Positions 1 to 10,615 of a stretch of 64,000 nucleotides of DNA are shown here, one piece after another. The position numbers were made by a program, and so were the translations under genes. The notes beneath the pieces are model-generated. The model searched no databases, was not told where the DNA came from, and saw only the letters and a list, made by a program, of their open reading frames with translations. Positions within the stretch are counted from its first letter, which is position 1, and each line of letters begins with the position of its first letter. Source of the DNA: an uncultured bacterium (lineage in GTDB: Bacteria; Edwardsbacteria; AC1; EtOH8); contig CAWAAX010000004.1 of the NCBI GenBank assembly GCA_963780225.1, forward strand, positions 164,217 through 228,216, read 5' to 3'.

Positions 1-384
1 GATGTCCTGAAGAAGCTGTTCCAGGTGATCATGCCCCGGATGAAGGACAAGAACTCCGGCTTCATCACCGTCACCAAGCTGTGGCTGCGCAAGGGCGACG
101 CCGCCCTGCTGTGCCTGATGGAGCTCTACGGCGCCCCGGCCAAGGCCAAACTGGTTGAAGGCGAGAAGAAGGAAAAGGAAAAGAAGGCCCACACGCTTCG
201 GCATGGCTCAGCGCAAGCACCGGCCAAGAAACAACCGGGCAAGAAAGTAAAGACCGAGGGCAAGCCCAAAGAGGAAAAGAAGCCCGCCTCCGCTAAAGCT
301 TCCGCCTCCGTGAAAACTTCGGCGGACAAGTCTGCGGACAAGCCCGAGAAGAAAACAGAGAAAAAAGCTGAAGTAAAGAAGTAG
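1..384 (+). CDS. rplQ: 50S ribosomal protein L17, 5'-truncated by window edge, with long Lys/Glu/Ala-rich tail
   Basis: Frame open from base 1: DVLKKLFQVIMPRMKDKNSGFITVTKLWLRKGDAALLCLMEL matches the L17 C-terminal core pattern; TAG at 382-384. Confidence 0.88.
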   Translation, partial: DVLKKLFQVIMPRMKDKNSGFITVTKLWLRKGDAALLCLMELYGAPAKAKLVEGEKKEKEKKAHTLRHGSAQAPAKKQPGKKVKTEGKPKEEKKPASAKASASVKTSADKSADKPEKKTEKKAEVKK

Positions 385-405
385 ACTTTTGGGATGAATT
401 TTACA

Positions 406-447
406 GCGCAAGGTTTAGAAATAAGCCTTGCGCCTTTTTTGTTTTTT
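406..447 (+). terminator. Intrinsic terminator after rplQ
   Basis: gcgcaaggttta-gaaa-taagccttgcgc stem followed by long T tract. Confidence 0.85.
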
Positions 448-611
448 GTGTATGATTAATAGCCACGCCCCGCCAACGGCGAGGCTCCGCTTTCTGCGGG
501 GCCGGGGGCGATATCGTTCCGACTTCGTACTGGCAAATAAATACTTCGTCGGATAAATCACGGTATCGCATAAATAGGTTTGGCCTTAACCAAATTCCCT
601 TAAAATAATAC

Positions 612-1727
612 ATGATACCTTCCAAAAAATATTTACGTCTGCTTACTTTAGCTCTGATACTTCTCCCAACATTAGCCTTTTCCCAGGTCAAAGGCATGTG
701 GGTGGTGCGCTATTCCCTGACCAGCCCGGCCAGCGTCAAGAAGATAGTCCGCTCGGCCCGGCAGGCCGGCATCACCGACCTCTTTGTCCAGTTCTTCGCC
801 AAGGGCGAGGCCTACTACAATTCCCAAAACCTGCCCACTGCCGCCTGCGTCTCCAAGGACTTCGACCCCCTGGCCCTGATGCTCAGGGAGTGCAAGGCCA
901 GCGGCATAAAGATGCACGCCTGGATCAACGTCTACTTCATCTGGTCGTCCGAGGCGGACCCCAGGGACAAACGGCATGTCTATTACAAGGGCAAGGGGTG
1001 GTTCGCCGCCGATGCCGAGGGCCGTTCGTTAAAGGACTACAGCCAGAAGGAGCTGGACCGGAAGGGCCTGGAAGGGGTCTATCTTTCCGCGGCCAGTCCC
1101 GAGGTCAAGCAGTATCTTCGGGAGCTGGTGCGGGAGATACTCTTCAAGTACGACGTGGACGGCATCCACTTAGACTACGTGCGCTACGGCAACCTAAACT
1201 ATTCCTACGACCTTTCCAGCCGCAATGCCTTTTACAGCCAGTATAAGGTGGATCCCATGGCCTTCTTCACCGGGGACCCCGGCCTAAAGCCCTACTGGGA
1301 CACCTGGTACCAGTGGCGGATGTACAACATCTCGGACCTGGTCTCCCAGCTTAAGATGGACATCGTAAAATTCAATCCCTGGGTCAAGCTATCGGCCGCG
1401 GTCAAGCCCGACCCCGACGAGGCCCGGGCAGGTTTCGGCCAGGACTGGCCCAACTGGCTGCTGAACCGCTGGGTGGATTTCGTGGTGCTGATGGACTATT
1501 CCAAGGACACTCCCACCGTCCTGCGGCTGGCCCAGAAATCGGTGCGCTACAAGGGGGCGGGACAGGTCTACGTGGGGCTGGGGGCCTGGCGCGACAGCAT
1601 GGAGGGCATCATGGAGAAGACCCGGGAACTGCGGCGGGCGGGCATCAACGACATTGTGCTGTTTTCCTACGACGGCCTGGCCCAGCGGGGGATAAGCTTT
1701 GAGGAACTTAAGGACAGGGGATTCTAA
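612..1727 (+). CDS. Secreted glycoside hydrolase-like protein (GHL10/DUF187, YngK-like)
   Basis: Signal peptide; KGMWV, GIKMHAWIN, YDVDGIHLDYVRY, QDWPNW motifs. Confidence 0.85.
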   Translation: MIPSKKYLRLLTLALILLPTLAFSQVKGMWVVRYSLTSPASVKKIVRSARQAGITDLFVQFFAKGEAYYNSQNLPTAACVSKDFDPLALMLRECKASGIKMHAWINVYFIWSSEADPRDKRHVYYKGKGWFAADAEGRSLKDYSQKELDRKGLEGVYLSAASPEVKQYLRELVREILFKYDVDGIHLDYVRYGNLNYSYDLSSRNAFYSQYKVDPMAFFTGDPGLKPYWDTWYQWRMYNISDLVSQLKMDIVKFNPWVKLSAAVKPDPDEARAGFGQDWPNWLLNRWVDFVVLMDYSKDTPTVLRLAQKSVRYKGAGQVYVGLGAWRDSMEGIMEKTRELRRAGINDIVLFSYDGLAQRGISFEELKDRGF

Positions 1728-1747
1728 CAACTGAATGCAAATTGCAA

Positions 1748-1769
1748 CCCTTCGACATGCTCAGGGTGC
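1748..1769. repeat. REP-like CTTCG..CTCAGG element flanked by 13-bp direct repeat atgcaaattgcaa
   Basis: cccttcgacatgctcagggtgc between atgcaaattgcaa copies at 1735-1747 and 1770-1782. Confidence 0.65.
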
Positions 1770-1811
1770 ATGCAAATTGCAAAATATAAACTGTAAACTG
1801 TCGGGAGTATC

Positions 1812-2036
1812 ATGAACAAGCAGAAAACACTAAAATGGCTGAACCTGGCGCTGTTCGCGCTGTTCGCCGTCCAGGCGGTGACCGGGGTGCTGGCCTTTAC
1901 CGGACTGATGGAGAATGCCGAGGTCGCCGAAGAATTGCATGAGTATGCCGGGCTGGCCATGGTACTGGTTGTCATGGCGCATCTGTGGCTCAACTGGGGC
2001 TGGGTGAAACTGAACTTCCTTGCCAGAAAAAAATAG
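1812..2036 (+). CDS. Small two-TM membrane protein (DUF4405-like, cytochrome b-like His pair)
   Basis: Two hydrophobic helices, LHEYAG and AHLWLNWGW motifs; RBS gggag. Confidence 0.7.
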   Translation: MNKQKTLKWLNLALFALFAVQAVTGVLAFTGLMENAEVAEELHEYAGLAMVLVVMAHLWLNWGWVKLNFLARKK

Positions 2037-2133
2037 GAAATGGGAAATTGGAAACTGGAACTTTGTCAGTTTGACTTTGGTTGGGGTACCCTTTTGCAGT
2101 TAATTCCGGTAAAACCAAAAATCAGGGAGCAGT

Positions 2134-3384
2134 ATGAGCCAGATACGACGCCTGTTTGAAGAGGATCTCGACCGCTATGTCAACATCGTAGCCGAGGCCT
2201 ATCCCGGTTTCAAGATCGTTACGCCCGAGGACAAGCAGAAACTCAAGGAACGTTTGGTAAAACACCAGGAGGACGATCCCGGAGTCAGCTTCTGGGGGCT
2301 TTTCCGCGACGAGAAAATGCTGGGCGGGATGCGGCTGCACGACCTGAACCTGCAAATGTACGAGACCCAGATCAAGGCCGGCGGGGTGGGGATGGTGGCG
2401 GTGGACCTGCTCCACAAAAAGGAAAAGATCTGCAGGGAGATGATCGCCTATTTTCTGGAACACTACCGCCAGAAGGGTTACAGCCTGGCCACGCTGTATC
2501 CCTTCCGCCCGGACTTTTACAAGAAGATGGGTTTCGGCTACGGCACCCGGGCCTTTCAGTTCAGGACCAGGCCCGATCAACTGCCCAAGGGAAGCACCAA
2601 AAGCCATGTCAAACGGCTGGAGACCGGCGATCTCAAGGAATATCTGGTCTGCGCCCGGCAGTTCGGCCGGGAGCACCACGGAATGATGGAGAAGACCCAG
2701 GCCGAGGCCGAGGGGCTGCTGAAAAGCCCGGATTCCAAGGTCTACGGCTATAAAAAGGCCGATCAGGTGCTGGGATACCTGACCTTTTCCTTTAAGCCGG
2801 CCGACGCCAATTTCCTGCAGACCGAGATGGTGGTGCGGGAATTAGTTTATCAGGATCCGGAGATCCTCATGGAACTGATGACATTCCTGCACAGCCAGGC
2901 CGACCAGATAAAGCAGGTGGTCTTCATCACCCAGGATGAGCACCTGAACTGGCTGTTCGGGGACATCCGGGACGGCTCGGAGAACCTGATCCCGCCGCTG
3001 TTCCAGCAGACCGCCACCGCTGGTTACGGGATGATGTACCGGTCGCTCAATACCAGAAGGCTGCTGGAGGAGATGAAAGGTCATAATTTCGGGGAACAGA
3101 ACTGCAGGCTTAAACTCAACATCTCCGACAATTTTCTGCCGGCCAATGCCGTTTCGCTGGTGGCCCAGGTGGAATTCGGCGCCCTGACCATATCAGACGA
3201 GCAGGAATACGACGCGGAGATCTGGCTGGACGTCCCTGAATTCTCCTCCCTGCTGATGGGGGCGGTGGATTACAAAACACTTCACCGCCTGGGCCTGTCC
3301 CGGATCTCCGATCCGGCTTATCTGAACACGGTGGACCGGATATTCAGGGCCCAAAACAAGCCCGTCTGCTACACCTATTTTTAA
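2134..3384 (+). CDS. Eis-family GNAT acetyltransferase with C-terminal SCP-2-like domain
   Basis: GGVGMVAVD, LYPFRPDFYKKMGFG, LNISDNFLPAN; 416 aa typical of Eis family. Confidence 0.85.
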   Translation: MSQIRRLFEEDLDRYVNIVAEAYPGFKIVTPEDKQKLKERLVKHQEDDPGVSFWGLFRDEKMLGGMRLHDLNLQMYETQIKAGGVGMVAVDLLHKKEKICREMIAYFLEHYRQKGYSLATLYPFRPDFYKKMGFGYGTRAFQFRTRPDQLPKGSTKSHVKRLETGDLKEYLVCARQFGREHHGMMEKTQAEAEGLLKSPDSKVYGYKKADQVLGYLTFSFKPADANFLQTEMVVRELVYQDPEILMELMTFLHSQADQIKQVVFITQDEHLNWLFGDIRDGSENLIPPLFQQTATAGYGMMYRSLNTRRLLEEMKGHNFGEQNCRLKLNISDNFLPANAVSLVAQVEFGALTISDEQEYDAEIWLDVPEFSSLLMGAVDYKTLHRLGLSRISDPAYLNTVDRIFRAQNKPVCYTYF

Positions 3385-3399
3385 CGGTAAAACTGCCCG

Positions 3400-3438
3400 G
3401 CAAAGCCCCACCAAATACTTTGGCGGGGCTTTGTTTTA
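3400..3438 (+). terminator. Intrinsic terminator
   Basis: gcaaagccccaccaaa-tac-tttggcggggctttgt followed by T. Confidence 0.75.
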
Positions 3439-3537
3439 TGCTTGAATGCAGGGTTGGATTGTGATAAAATAAAATTTCGGAATGAATGAAATCAGGCTTA
3501 AATCTTTGACATTCATAATACAAACAAAGGAACTATT

Positions 3538-4615
3538 TTGCAACTAGGAATCATCGGCCTGCCCCAGTCGGGCAAGACAACCATATTCAACGCCCTGACC
3601 AAATCCTGCATCAAGGTCGGAGTTCCGCATCAAGGTCGGAGAATACTCCACCGGCTGCGACGTGCATATGGGCGTGGTCAAGGTCCCCGACCCCCGGCTG
3701 GACAAGCTTACCGCCATGTTCAATCCCAAGAAGAAGGTCCCGGCCACCATTACCTACGTGGATATCGGCGGCATGGCCAAGGGGGTCTCCGATTCCGGGG
3801 GCCTGGGCACCGAGTTCCTGACCCAGATGCACAAGGTGGATGCCATGATCCTGGTTCTGCGCGGCTTCGCCGACGCCTCCGGCGCCCCATCCCCGGTGGA
3901 TGATTACCAGACCATCGCCACCGAGCTGCTGCTGTCCGACCTGTCCATGGTGGAGCGGCGGATCGAGCGGGTCAAAATAGACATTAAAAAGGTAAAACGG
4001 CCGGAGCTGGACAAGGAACTGGTGATCCTGGATAAATGCCGGGTCCACCTTGAGGCCGAAAAGCCGCTGCACATGCTGGACCTTTTCCCGGAAGAATCCA
4101 AGGCCCTCCGCAGCTTCCAACTTCTGACCGAGAAGCCGCTGCTGCCGGTGCTGAACTACGGGGAAGGGGTGGATTACGCCGCCCTGCAGAGCGCTTTATC
4201 CTCGGCCAGCAGCCAGGAAGCCACCGCCCTGTGCGGGGCCATCGAGATGGACATAGCGCAAATGTCGGATGAGGAAGCCAAAGAATTCCTGGCAGAGATG
4301 AAGATATCCGAGCCGGCTCTGAACAAGATGATCCGCACCTCGTACCGGCTGCTGGGCCAGATCTCATTTTTCACCGTGGGCGAGGACGAGTGCCGGGCCT
4401 GGACCATTCCTTTAAACACTAAGGCCCCCCAGGCGGCCGGGGCCATCCACTCCGACCTGGAGCGGGGATTCATCCGGGCCGAGACGGTCTCCTACGACCA
4501 CCTGACCGAGGTGGGCACCTACGCCGCCGCCAGGGAAAAGGGCTATGTTAGGCAGGAGGGCAAGGAGTACATAGTCAAGGACGGGGATGTGATCAATATC
4601 AAGTTCAATGTCTGA
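3538..4615 (+). CDS. ychF: Redox-regulated ATPase YchF, frameshifted by a ~19-bp local duplication at 3604-3641
   Basis: GIIGLPQSGKTTIFNALT, GVVKVPDPRL, FFTVGEDECRAWT, APQAAGAIHSDLERGFIRAE, EGKEYIVKDGD. Confidence 0.93.
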
Positions 4616-4656
4616 TGAAAAATCTCGAACATATACTTCGAAGGGCAACTTGGTTC

Positions 4657-4697
4657 CTTCGATCGCCCAGGCGACGTCAGCCAACCTCAGGATGACA
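4657..4697. repeat. REP-like CTTCG..CTCAGGATGACA element
   Basis: ccttcgatcgcccaggcgacgtcagccaacctcaggatgaca; ends match copies at 56430-56652 and 63660-63701. Confidence 0.65.
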
Positions 4698-4706
4698 TGT
4701 AAAACC

Positions 4707-5490
4707 ATGAAGATAGGCTTTGTTCAATTCAACCCGGCTTTCGGCCAGGTAACTAAAAATCTAAGCACCATACACCGGCTGGTCTCCTCCGTCAAGGCCG
4801 ACTTGCTGGTGCTGCCGGAGCTGTGCCTGTCCGGCTATAACTTTGTTTCCATGGACGAGGTCCGGCAGTTGTCGGAAACTTCCGACGGGCCTTCCATAAA
4901 GTCTCTGAAACTGCTGTCCAAGAAAACCGGGACCATCCTGGTGGCGGGGTTCGCCGAGAAAAGCGGGAGCAAGACATACAACTCGGCCATCCTGATCCGC
5001 CCTTCGGGCAAGACAGACATTTACCGCAAGACCCACCTGTTCTGGAACGAGAAGAAGTGGTTTGCCCCGGGCGATACCGGTTTCAAGGTCTACCGGGCCG
5101 GTCAAACTAAGATCGGGATGATGATCTGCTACGACTGGTTCTTTCCCGAGGCCGCCCGCAGCCTGGCTCTTGCAGGGCGCTCAGATAATCTGCCACCCGG
5201 CCAACCTGGTGCTGCCCTATTGTCCCCGCTCCATGCCGGTGCGGGCGCTGGAGAACAAGGTCTTCACCATCACCGCCAACCGGACGGGCCGGGAAAAGCG
5301 GAGCCAGCACGACCTGCGCTTCATCGGGCAGAGCATAATGGCCGGCCCGGACCAAAGCATCCTGGCCATGGCTCCCGGTAAATCTGAGGCCGTTAGAGTG
5401 GTTGACATCGACCCCAAAAAGGCGGATAATAAGAGGGTGACTCCGCTGAACGAGCTTTTCAAAGACCGTAGGCCGGAGTTTTATGTTTGA
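4707..5490 (+). CDS. Carbon-nitrogen hydrolase (nitrilase family), one frameshift near 5170-5178
   Basis: Catalytic Glu-Lys-Cys motifs VLPEL, YRKTHLF, ICYDWFFPE; continues in second frame GAQIICHPANL..RALEN..ANRTG. Confidence 0.88.
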
Positions 5491-5562
5491 AATCTTGGAA
5501 CAGTTATATTTTATAAACCTCTGTGTTTCTGTGTCCATTCGACTTTGCTCAGGACAAGCTCT

Positions 5563-6540
5563 GTGACAAAAACAATAAACGAAATAGGTGAGTTCGGCCT
5601 GATAGACCGGATAAAAAAGACCGCGGGCATGGTCCCCAAGAACAGCCGGATCCTGTTGGGAATAGGCGATGATGCCGCTCTTTTTAAACTGTCCCCGGGC
5701 AAAATATGCGCCGCCACCACCGACACCATGGTGGAGGGGGTGCACTTTGACCTGAGCTACACTTCTTTCTTCGATCTGGGATACAAGGCCATGGCGGCCA
5801 ATCTTTCCGACATCGCGGCCATGGGGGGGAACCCCCTGCTGGCTTTGGTCACCTTGGCGCTTCCCGGCAAGGTTGGCATCAAGGACATAGACCGACTGTA
5901 CGCCGGGATGCAAGCCTTGGCCGGAAAACACGGGGTGGTGATCGCCGGGGGAGACATCGTCAAAAGCCGGGAGCTCTCCGTAACCCTGACCCTGATGGGG
6001 GAATGTGATCCCAAAAATGCCGGGCTGCGCTCCGGAGCCAGGTTAGGAGATGCAATCCTTGTTACTGGTGATCTGGGAGGGAGCCAGGCGGGGTTGGAAC
6101 TGCTGAATTCAAAATTATCCAAAAAGCACTTGCGGCCGGAGCCAAGGGTGGCAGAGGCAAAGCTGCTGGCTTCCCGGTTCAAACTGCACGGGATGATAGA
6201 TATCTCCGACGGACTGGCCTCGGAACTGCACCACCTGTCCAAAGCCAGCAAGGTTGGCATCCTAATAGACCAAGGGGCCCTGCCGGTGGCTGAGCAGGCG
6301 ATCATCGTCGGGAAGATGCTGGGGCGCGATCCCCAAAGATACTGTCTTTACGGCGGGGAGGAATACGAACTGCTTTTCACCCTGCCGCCCCGGGAAGCCA
6401 TAAAAGCCAGAGCCCTGATCCAAAAACAGGGAACGGCCTGCACCATCATCGGCCAGGTGGTCAAAGGCGATCAGGTCAGCATCATCGCCCAAAACGGCAA
6501 AAGAGAAATATTAACAAACCAGGGTTATACACATTTTTAA
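5563..6540 (+). CDS. thiL: Thiamine-monophosphate kinase
   Basis: GEFGLIDRI, GIGDDAA, NLSDIAAMGG, DISDGLASEL, GGEEYELLFT; probable GTG start at 5563. Confidence 0.95.
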   Translation: MTKTINEIGEFGLIDRIKKTAGMVPKNSRILLGIGDDAALFKLSPGKICAATTDTMVEGVHFDLSYTSFFDLGYKAMAANLSDIAAMGGNPLLALVTLALPGKVGIKDIDRLYAGMQALAGKHGVVIAGGDIVKSRELSVTLTLMGECDPKNAGLRSGARLGDAILVTGDLGGSQAGLELLNSKLSKKHLRPEPRVAEAKLLASRFKLHGMIDISDGLASELHHLSKASKVGILIDQGALPVAEQAIIVGKMLGRDPQRYCLYGGEEYELLFTLPPREAIKARALIQKQGTACTIIGQVVKGDQVSIIAQNGKREILTNQGYTHF

Positions 6541-6565
6541 AGCCTTAAAAAAGCGGGAGACAAAA

Positions 6566-7984
6566 ATGACCTTAAAGCAGATCTTCGCCATGGCTAAAAA
6601 GAACAAGGTGGAATTTGTCGCGGTAAAATTCGTGGACCTGCTGGGGAAATGGCACCAGATAACGGTACCCTCTCACGAGCTGAAGCCGGAGCTTTTTGAG
6701 CGCGGCCGGGGCATAGGGTTCGACGGCTCCAGCGTGGCCGGCTTCACCCAGGTGAAGGCCGGGGACATGATAGTGATCCCCGCGCCCGATACCGGATTCA
6801 TGGACCCCTTTGCCAAGCTGCCCACCCTGTCCTTCCTGGGCGAGGTGATAGACGTGGCCACCGGCGAGAAGTTCGACCGCAATCCCCGCTTTATCGCCGA
6901 GAAGGCCGAGCAGTACCTGACCAAGACCGGCTACGCCCCCCAGAGCTTTTGGGGCCCGGAGTTCGAGTTCTACCTGTTCGACTCGGTCCGCTACCAGAAC
7001 GATGCCCAGCACAGCTTTTTTGAGGTCGACGCCCGGGAGGCCCAATGGAACAGCGGCAAGGATGAGAACCCCAACCTGGGAAACAAGATCGCCCACAAGG
7101 GCGGCTACCATGCCGCCCCGCCCCACGACCGTTTCTTCGACTTCCGCTCCTCGCTCTGCAAAACCATGGAGCAGTGCGGGGTGCCGGTGAAATACCACCA
7201 CCACGAGGTGGGCGGGGCCGGGCAGATGGAGATCGAGGTGATGTTCGACACCCTGACCAAGATGGCCGACCGGGCCATGCTGGTCAAGTACATCGTCCGC
7301 AATGCCTGCTTCCAGGCCGGTCTGGCCTGCACCTTCATGCCCAAGCCGCTGTTCGGCGAGCCCGGCAGCGGGATGCATGTCCACCAGTACCTGGCCAAGG
7401 ACGGCAGCTCCCTTTTCTACAAGAAGGGCGGGCTAGTGAACATGTCCGATCTGGCCCTGCATTATCTGGGCGGCCTGTTAAAGCACGCCCCGGCCCTGCT
7501 GGCCTTTACCAACCCCTCCACCAATTCCTACCGCCGGTTGGTGCCGGGCTACGAGGCCCCGGTCAGGTCGTCCTACTCGGTGGGCAACCGTACCGCGGCG
7601 GTCCGGATCCCCGGCTACCTGACCGATCCCAAGACCATGCGCTACGAGTTCCGCCCGCCCGACGCCACCTGCAACCCCTACCTGGCCTTTGCCGCCATGC
7701 TGATGGCCGGGATCGACGGCATCAAGAACAAGATTGACCCGGGCCAGCCGCTGAACAAGGACCTGTTCAGCCTGTCCAAGGCCGACCTGGAAAAGATACC
7801 CACTTTGCCCACCTCGCTGCCCGAGGCATTGGATGCTCTGGAAAGGGATCACAAGTTCCTGCTGGAGGGCGGGGTTTTCACCAAGGACCTGATAGAAACC
7901 TGGATCGGGTTGAAGTCAAAAGAAGTGGCAGCCCTTAATTTGAGGCCCCATCCTTATGAATTTGAATTGTATTACGATTGCTAA
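6566..7984 (+). CDS. glnA: Glutamine synthetase type I
   Basis: FDGSS, GPEFEFYLFD, HHHEV, FMPKP..GSGMHVH, NSYRRLVPGYEAP, RPHPYEF. Confidence 0.97.
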   Translation: MTLKQIFAMAKKNKVEFVAVKFVDLLGKWHQITVPSHELKPELFERGRGIGFDGSSVAGFTQVKAGDMIVIPAPDTGFMDPFAKLPTLSFLGEVIDVATGEKFDRNPRFIAEKAEQYLTKTGYAPQSFWGPEFEFYLFDSVRYQNDAQHSFFEVDAREAQWNSGKDENPNLGNKIAHKGGYHAAPPHDRFFDFRSSLCKTMEQCGVPVKYHHHEVGGAGQMEIEVMFDTLTKMADRAMLVKYIVRNACFQAGLACTFMPKPLFGEPGSGMHVHQYLAKDGSSLFYKKGGLVNMSDLALHYLGGLLKHAPALLAFTNPSTNSYRRLVPGYEAPVRSSYSVGNRTAAVRIPGYLTDPKTMRYEFRPPDATCNPYLAFAAMLMAGIDGIKNKIDPGQPLNKDLFSLSKADLEKIPTLPTSLPEALDALERDHKFLLEGGVFTKDLIETWIGLKSKEVAALNLRPHPYEFELYYDC

Positions 7985-8016
7985 ACAACCATCAATAATT
8001 AAAATGGAGGGTTAAA

Positions 8017-9996
8017 ATGAAACGGTTCCTGTTAACAGTAATTGTTTTATCGGCAACGATGGTTTATGCCGTTACCAGCTCCAAATCCGTTTGCCCTATG
8101 CCGTCCGATGTTATATCAACACCAGCTGTTCAGAAGATACCTGCTGCAACCAAAGCGATTCTTAATGAGGGATTTGAGGCTGAAGTTTTCCCGCCTCTTG
8201 GGTGGAGCATTTCAGGAGCAGCCTATATGTGGTCGCGAACCGATTTGTGCAGTGCCTATGGGGTAGGAACAGGCTGTGCCAAAGCCGATTTCTACAATGC
8301 TTATCTATCGGCAAATATCCAGGATTTGATTACATTTGTTTGTACACCGACCGGTGCAAATGATTCGCTTTATTTTGACCATGCCTATGCCACCAATGCG
8401 GGAGTCAAGGATTCGCTAACAATTTGGACCTCCACTGACGGTGGATCTAATTGGGCTCATTTAATATGTTTGTATGGCACCCCGCTTAACACCGGTGGCT
8501 CTGTAGCGGAGCCTTTTGTGCCGGATCCCACCCAATGGGATACCAAAAAATATGCTCTTCCGGCTGGAACCAATATGATCAAATTTACCGCATATTCCGA
8601 ATGGGGAAATAATCTTTATCTTGATAATGTCCAGGTTAAATATCCGCAGCAAACATACGGATGTCACCGCACTGGTTATTAAAAATCCACAGACTTATCA
8701 AAACAGTGCGGTTGCCCCCCAGGTACTGGTAAAGAATCATGGGCACCAGCACAGCATCATTTCCGGTTAACTTTCGGATATCATACAGCAGCACCGAAGT
8801 ATATTCCCAGAGCGTGAACGTCAGCAATCTGGCGGCCGGGGATACCATCACGGTAACCTTTCCTTTATGGACTCCATCCCCTGCAGGGGAAGTGTTTGAC
8901 CATACTGTTTGGACTGCATTGTCCGGCGATCTGGTAAAAGCCAACGATACTTTATACGGCAGAACTTATAGCTATTACTCTCCTCGTAAAATCATGACTG
9001 AAATGTTCACCTGTACCAGTTGCGGGTACTGTCCGGCGGCTAATGATAGTATGAACCATGATATTTGCCGATCTGCAGGATTCGATGGTCCTTGTCCGAT
9101 ATCATGTTTGGTGGCCCACCAACAATGACCCCTTCTACTTGAACCTGTTGGATGACACCATGGATATCCGGCAGAGGAGAACCTATTATGGCCTTAATTT
9201 TGTGCCATATGTTATTGCTGGTGGAATCTTAGTCCCAGGCAGCACTACCAGCGATTATCGTTCCAGTATTCTTAAATTATGTCAGAATGCCGTCTCTCCA
9301 TTGACCTTGTCATTAAGCGGCACGTATAATTCGACAGCTAAAAACGGCCGGATAATAGCCACCCTGAATTCCACTGGCCGGATCATCGATTCCGATCTGC
9401 GGTTGTTTTATATGATCATCCAGGACAGCATCCTTTATACCGGAACCAACGGCGATCCCATTCACCACCAGGTCTATCGCCAGGTACTGCCCACTATGGA
9501 CGGAAGATCAATTGCCATCAATATGGGCGAAACTCTTCGCGATTCCGCTACCTTCTCCATCCCGACGGCCGGCTATGCCCCGCCTTATGTGGAAGATGAT
9601 TGTCAGATCATCGCTTTTCTTCAGAGCAACGACACCAAGAACATATGGCAGAGCGCCAGCATTCCGTTGTTGTCATTAATTACCGGTTTGCAAGGCCAAC
9701 CAGAGGACAGGCCGGTCCTGCGGACATTACTATTGCCCAGTTATCCCAACCCGGCATCCGGTGATGTAAGCATCTCATACAATCTATCGACGGAAGGTCA
9801 AGTGCGGGTTGGTGTATATGACATTATGGGGCGGATGGTAAAAACCCTGGTCAACTGCCGGCAATTACCGGGCCAGTATAACATGACCTGGGACGGCAGG
9901 AACGATACAGGGGCCAAGGTAGCAAACGGGGTATACTTCTATAAATTAGACACCAAAGGTTTTACCTCGACTAAAAAGCTGACGATTTTGAAATAG
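8017..9996 (+). CDS. Secreted Omp28-like (CxxC) protein with FlgD-Ig/T9SS-type C-terminal domain; broken into pieces by at least three frameshifts
   Basis: Signal peptide, LNEGFE..FPP.GW adhesin-like domain, EMFTCTSCGYCP, VRYHVWWP..NDPFY, YPNP..WDGRN..G..VANGVYFY..TKKLTILK. Confidence 0.75.
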
Positions 9997-10064
9997 CAAA
10001 CTATTTTAAAAACGAGGGTGCCCAATAAAACGATTGGGCGCTCTCGTCTAAAATGGAGGACGGG

Positions 10065-10592
10065 GTGAATTTTAAGAAAATATTGATAGCAGTTACGCTG
10101 GCGGCGGTTCTATGTGCAACCGGAATGGCCGGCGATCTGAATTTCAAATTAAGAGACATTGAAAATCAAAGAGTGCAATTATCGGAAATATTGGAAAAAG
10201 GGCCGGTGGTAATATCCTTTTGGGCTACCTGGTGCCATCCCTGCCAGGAGGAGTTAAAGCATATTCAGAAGTTCCATGAGCTTTATTCGGACAGCGGAAT
10301 ATCTTTTTATGGCATCTCGATAGACGGCGTCAAGGATAAAAACAAGATAAAGGCTTTGATCAAGGGGAAAAGCTTTACCTTTCCAGTCCTGCTGGATCCG
10401 GAACAGGAGGTCATGAAGTCTTTTGGGTTGAATGATGTGCCGGGGATATTCATTATTTCCCGTGAGGGAAAGATATTATACCGTCATAGCGGGTATAAAG
10501 CCGGTGATGAAACGGAATTGGAAAATAATATACTTGAAATCATAAGATCTGCAATCCCCGGGGGAAATAAAGCGATCCGGGATACGATATAG
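10065..10592 (+). CDS. TlpA-family thiol:disulfide oxidoreductase
   Basis: ISFWATWCHPCQEEL, FPVLLDP; signal peptide; GTG start after ggagg (ORF track starts 10053). Confidence 0.88.
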   Translation: MNFKKILIAVTLAAVLCATGMAGDLNFKLRDIENQRVQLSEILEKGPVVISFWATWCHPCQEELKHIQKFHELYSDSGISFYGISIDGVKDKNKIKALIKGKSFTFPVLLDPEQEVMKSFGLNDVPGIFIISREGKILYRHSGYKAGDETELENNILEIIRSAIPGGNKAIRDTI

Positions 10593-10615
10593 TTTAACCC
10601 ATAAGGAGATTCGCT

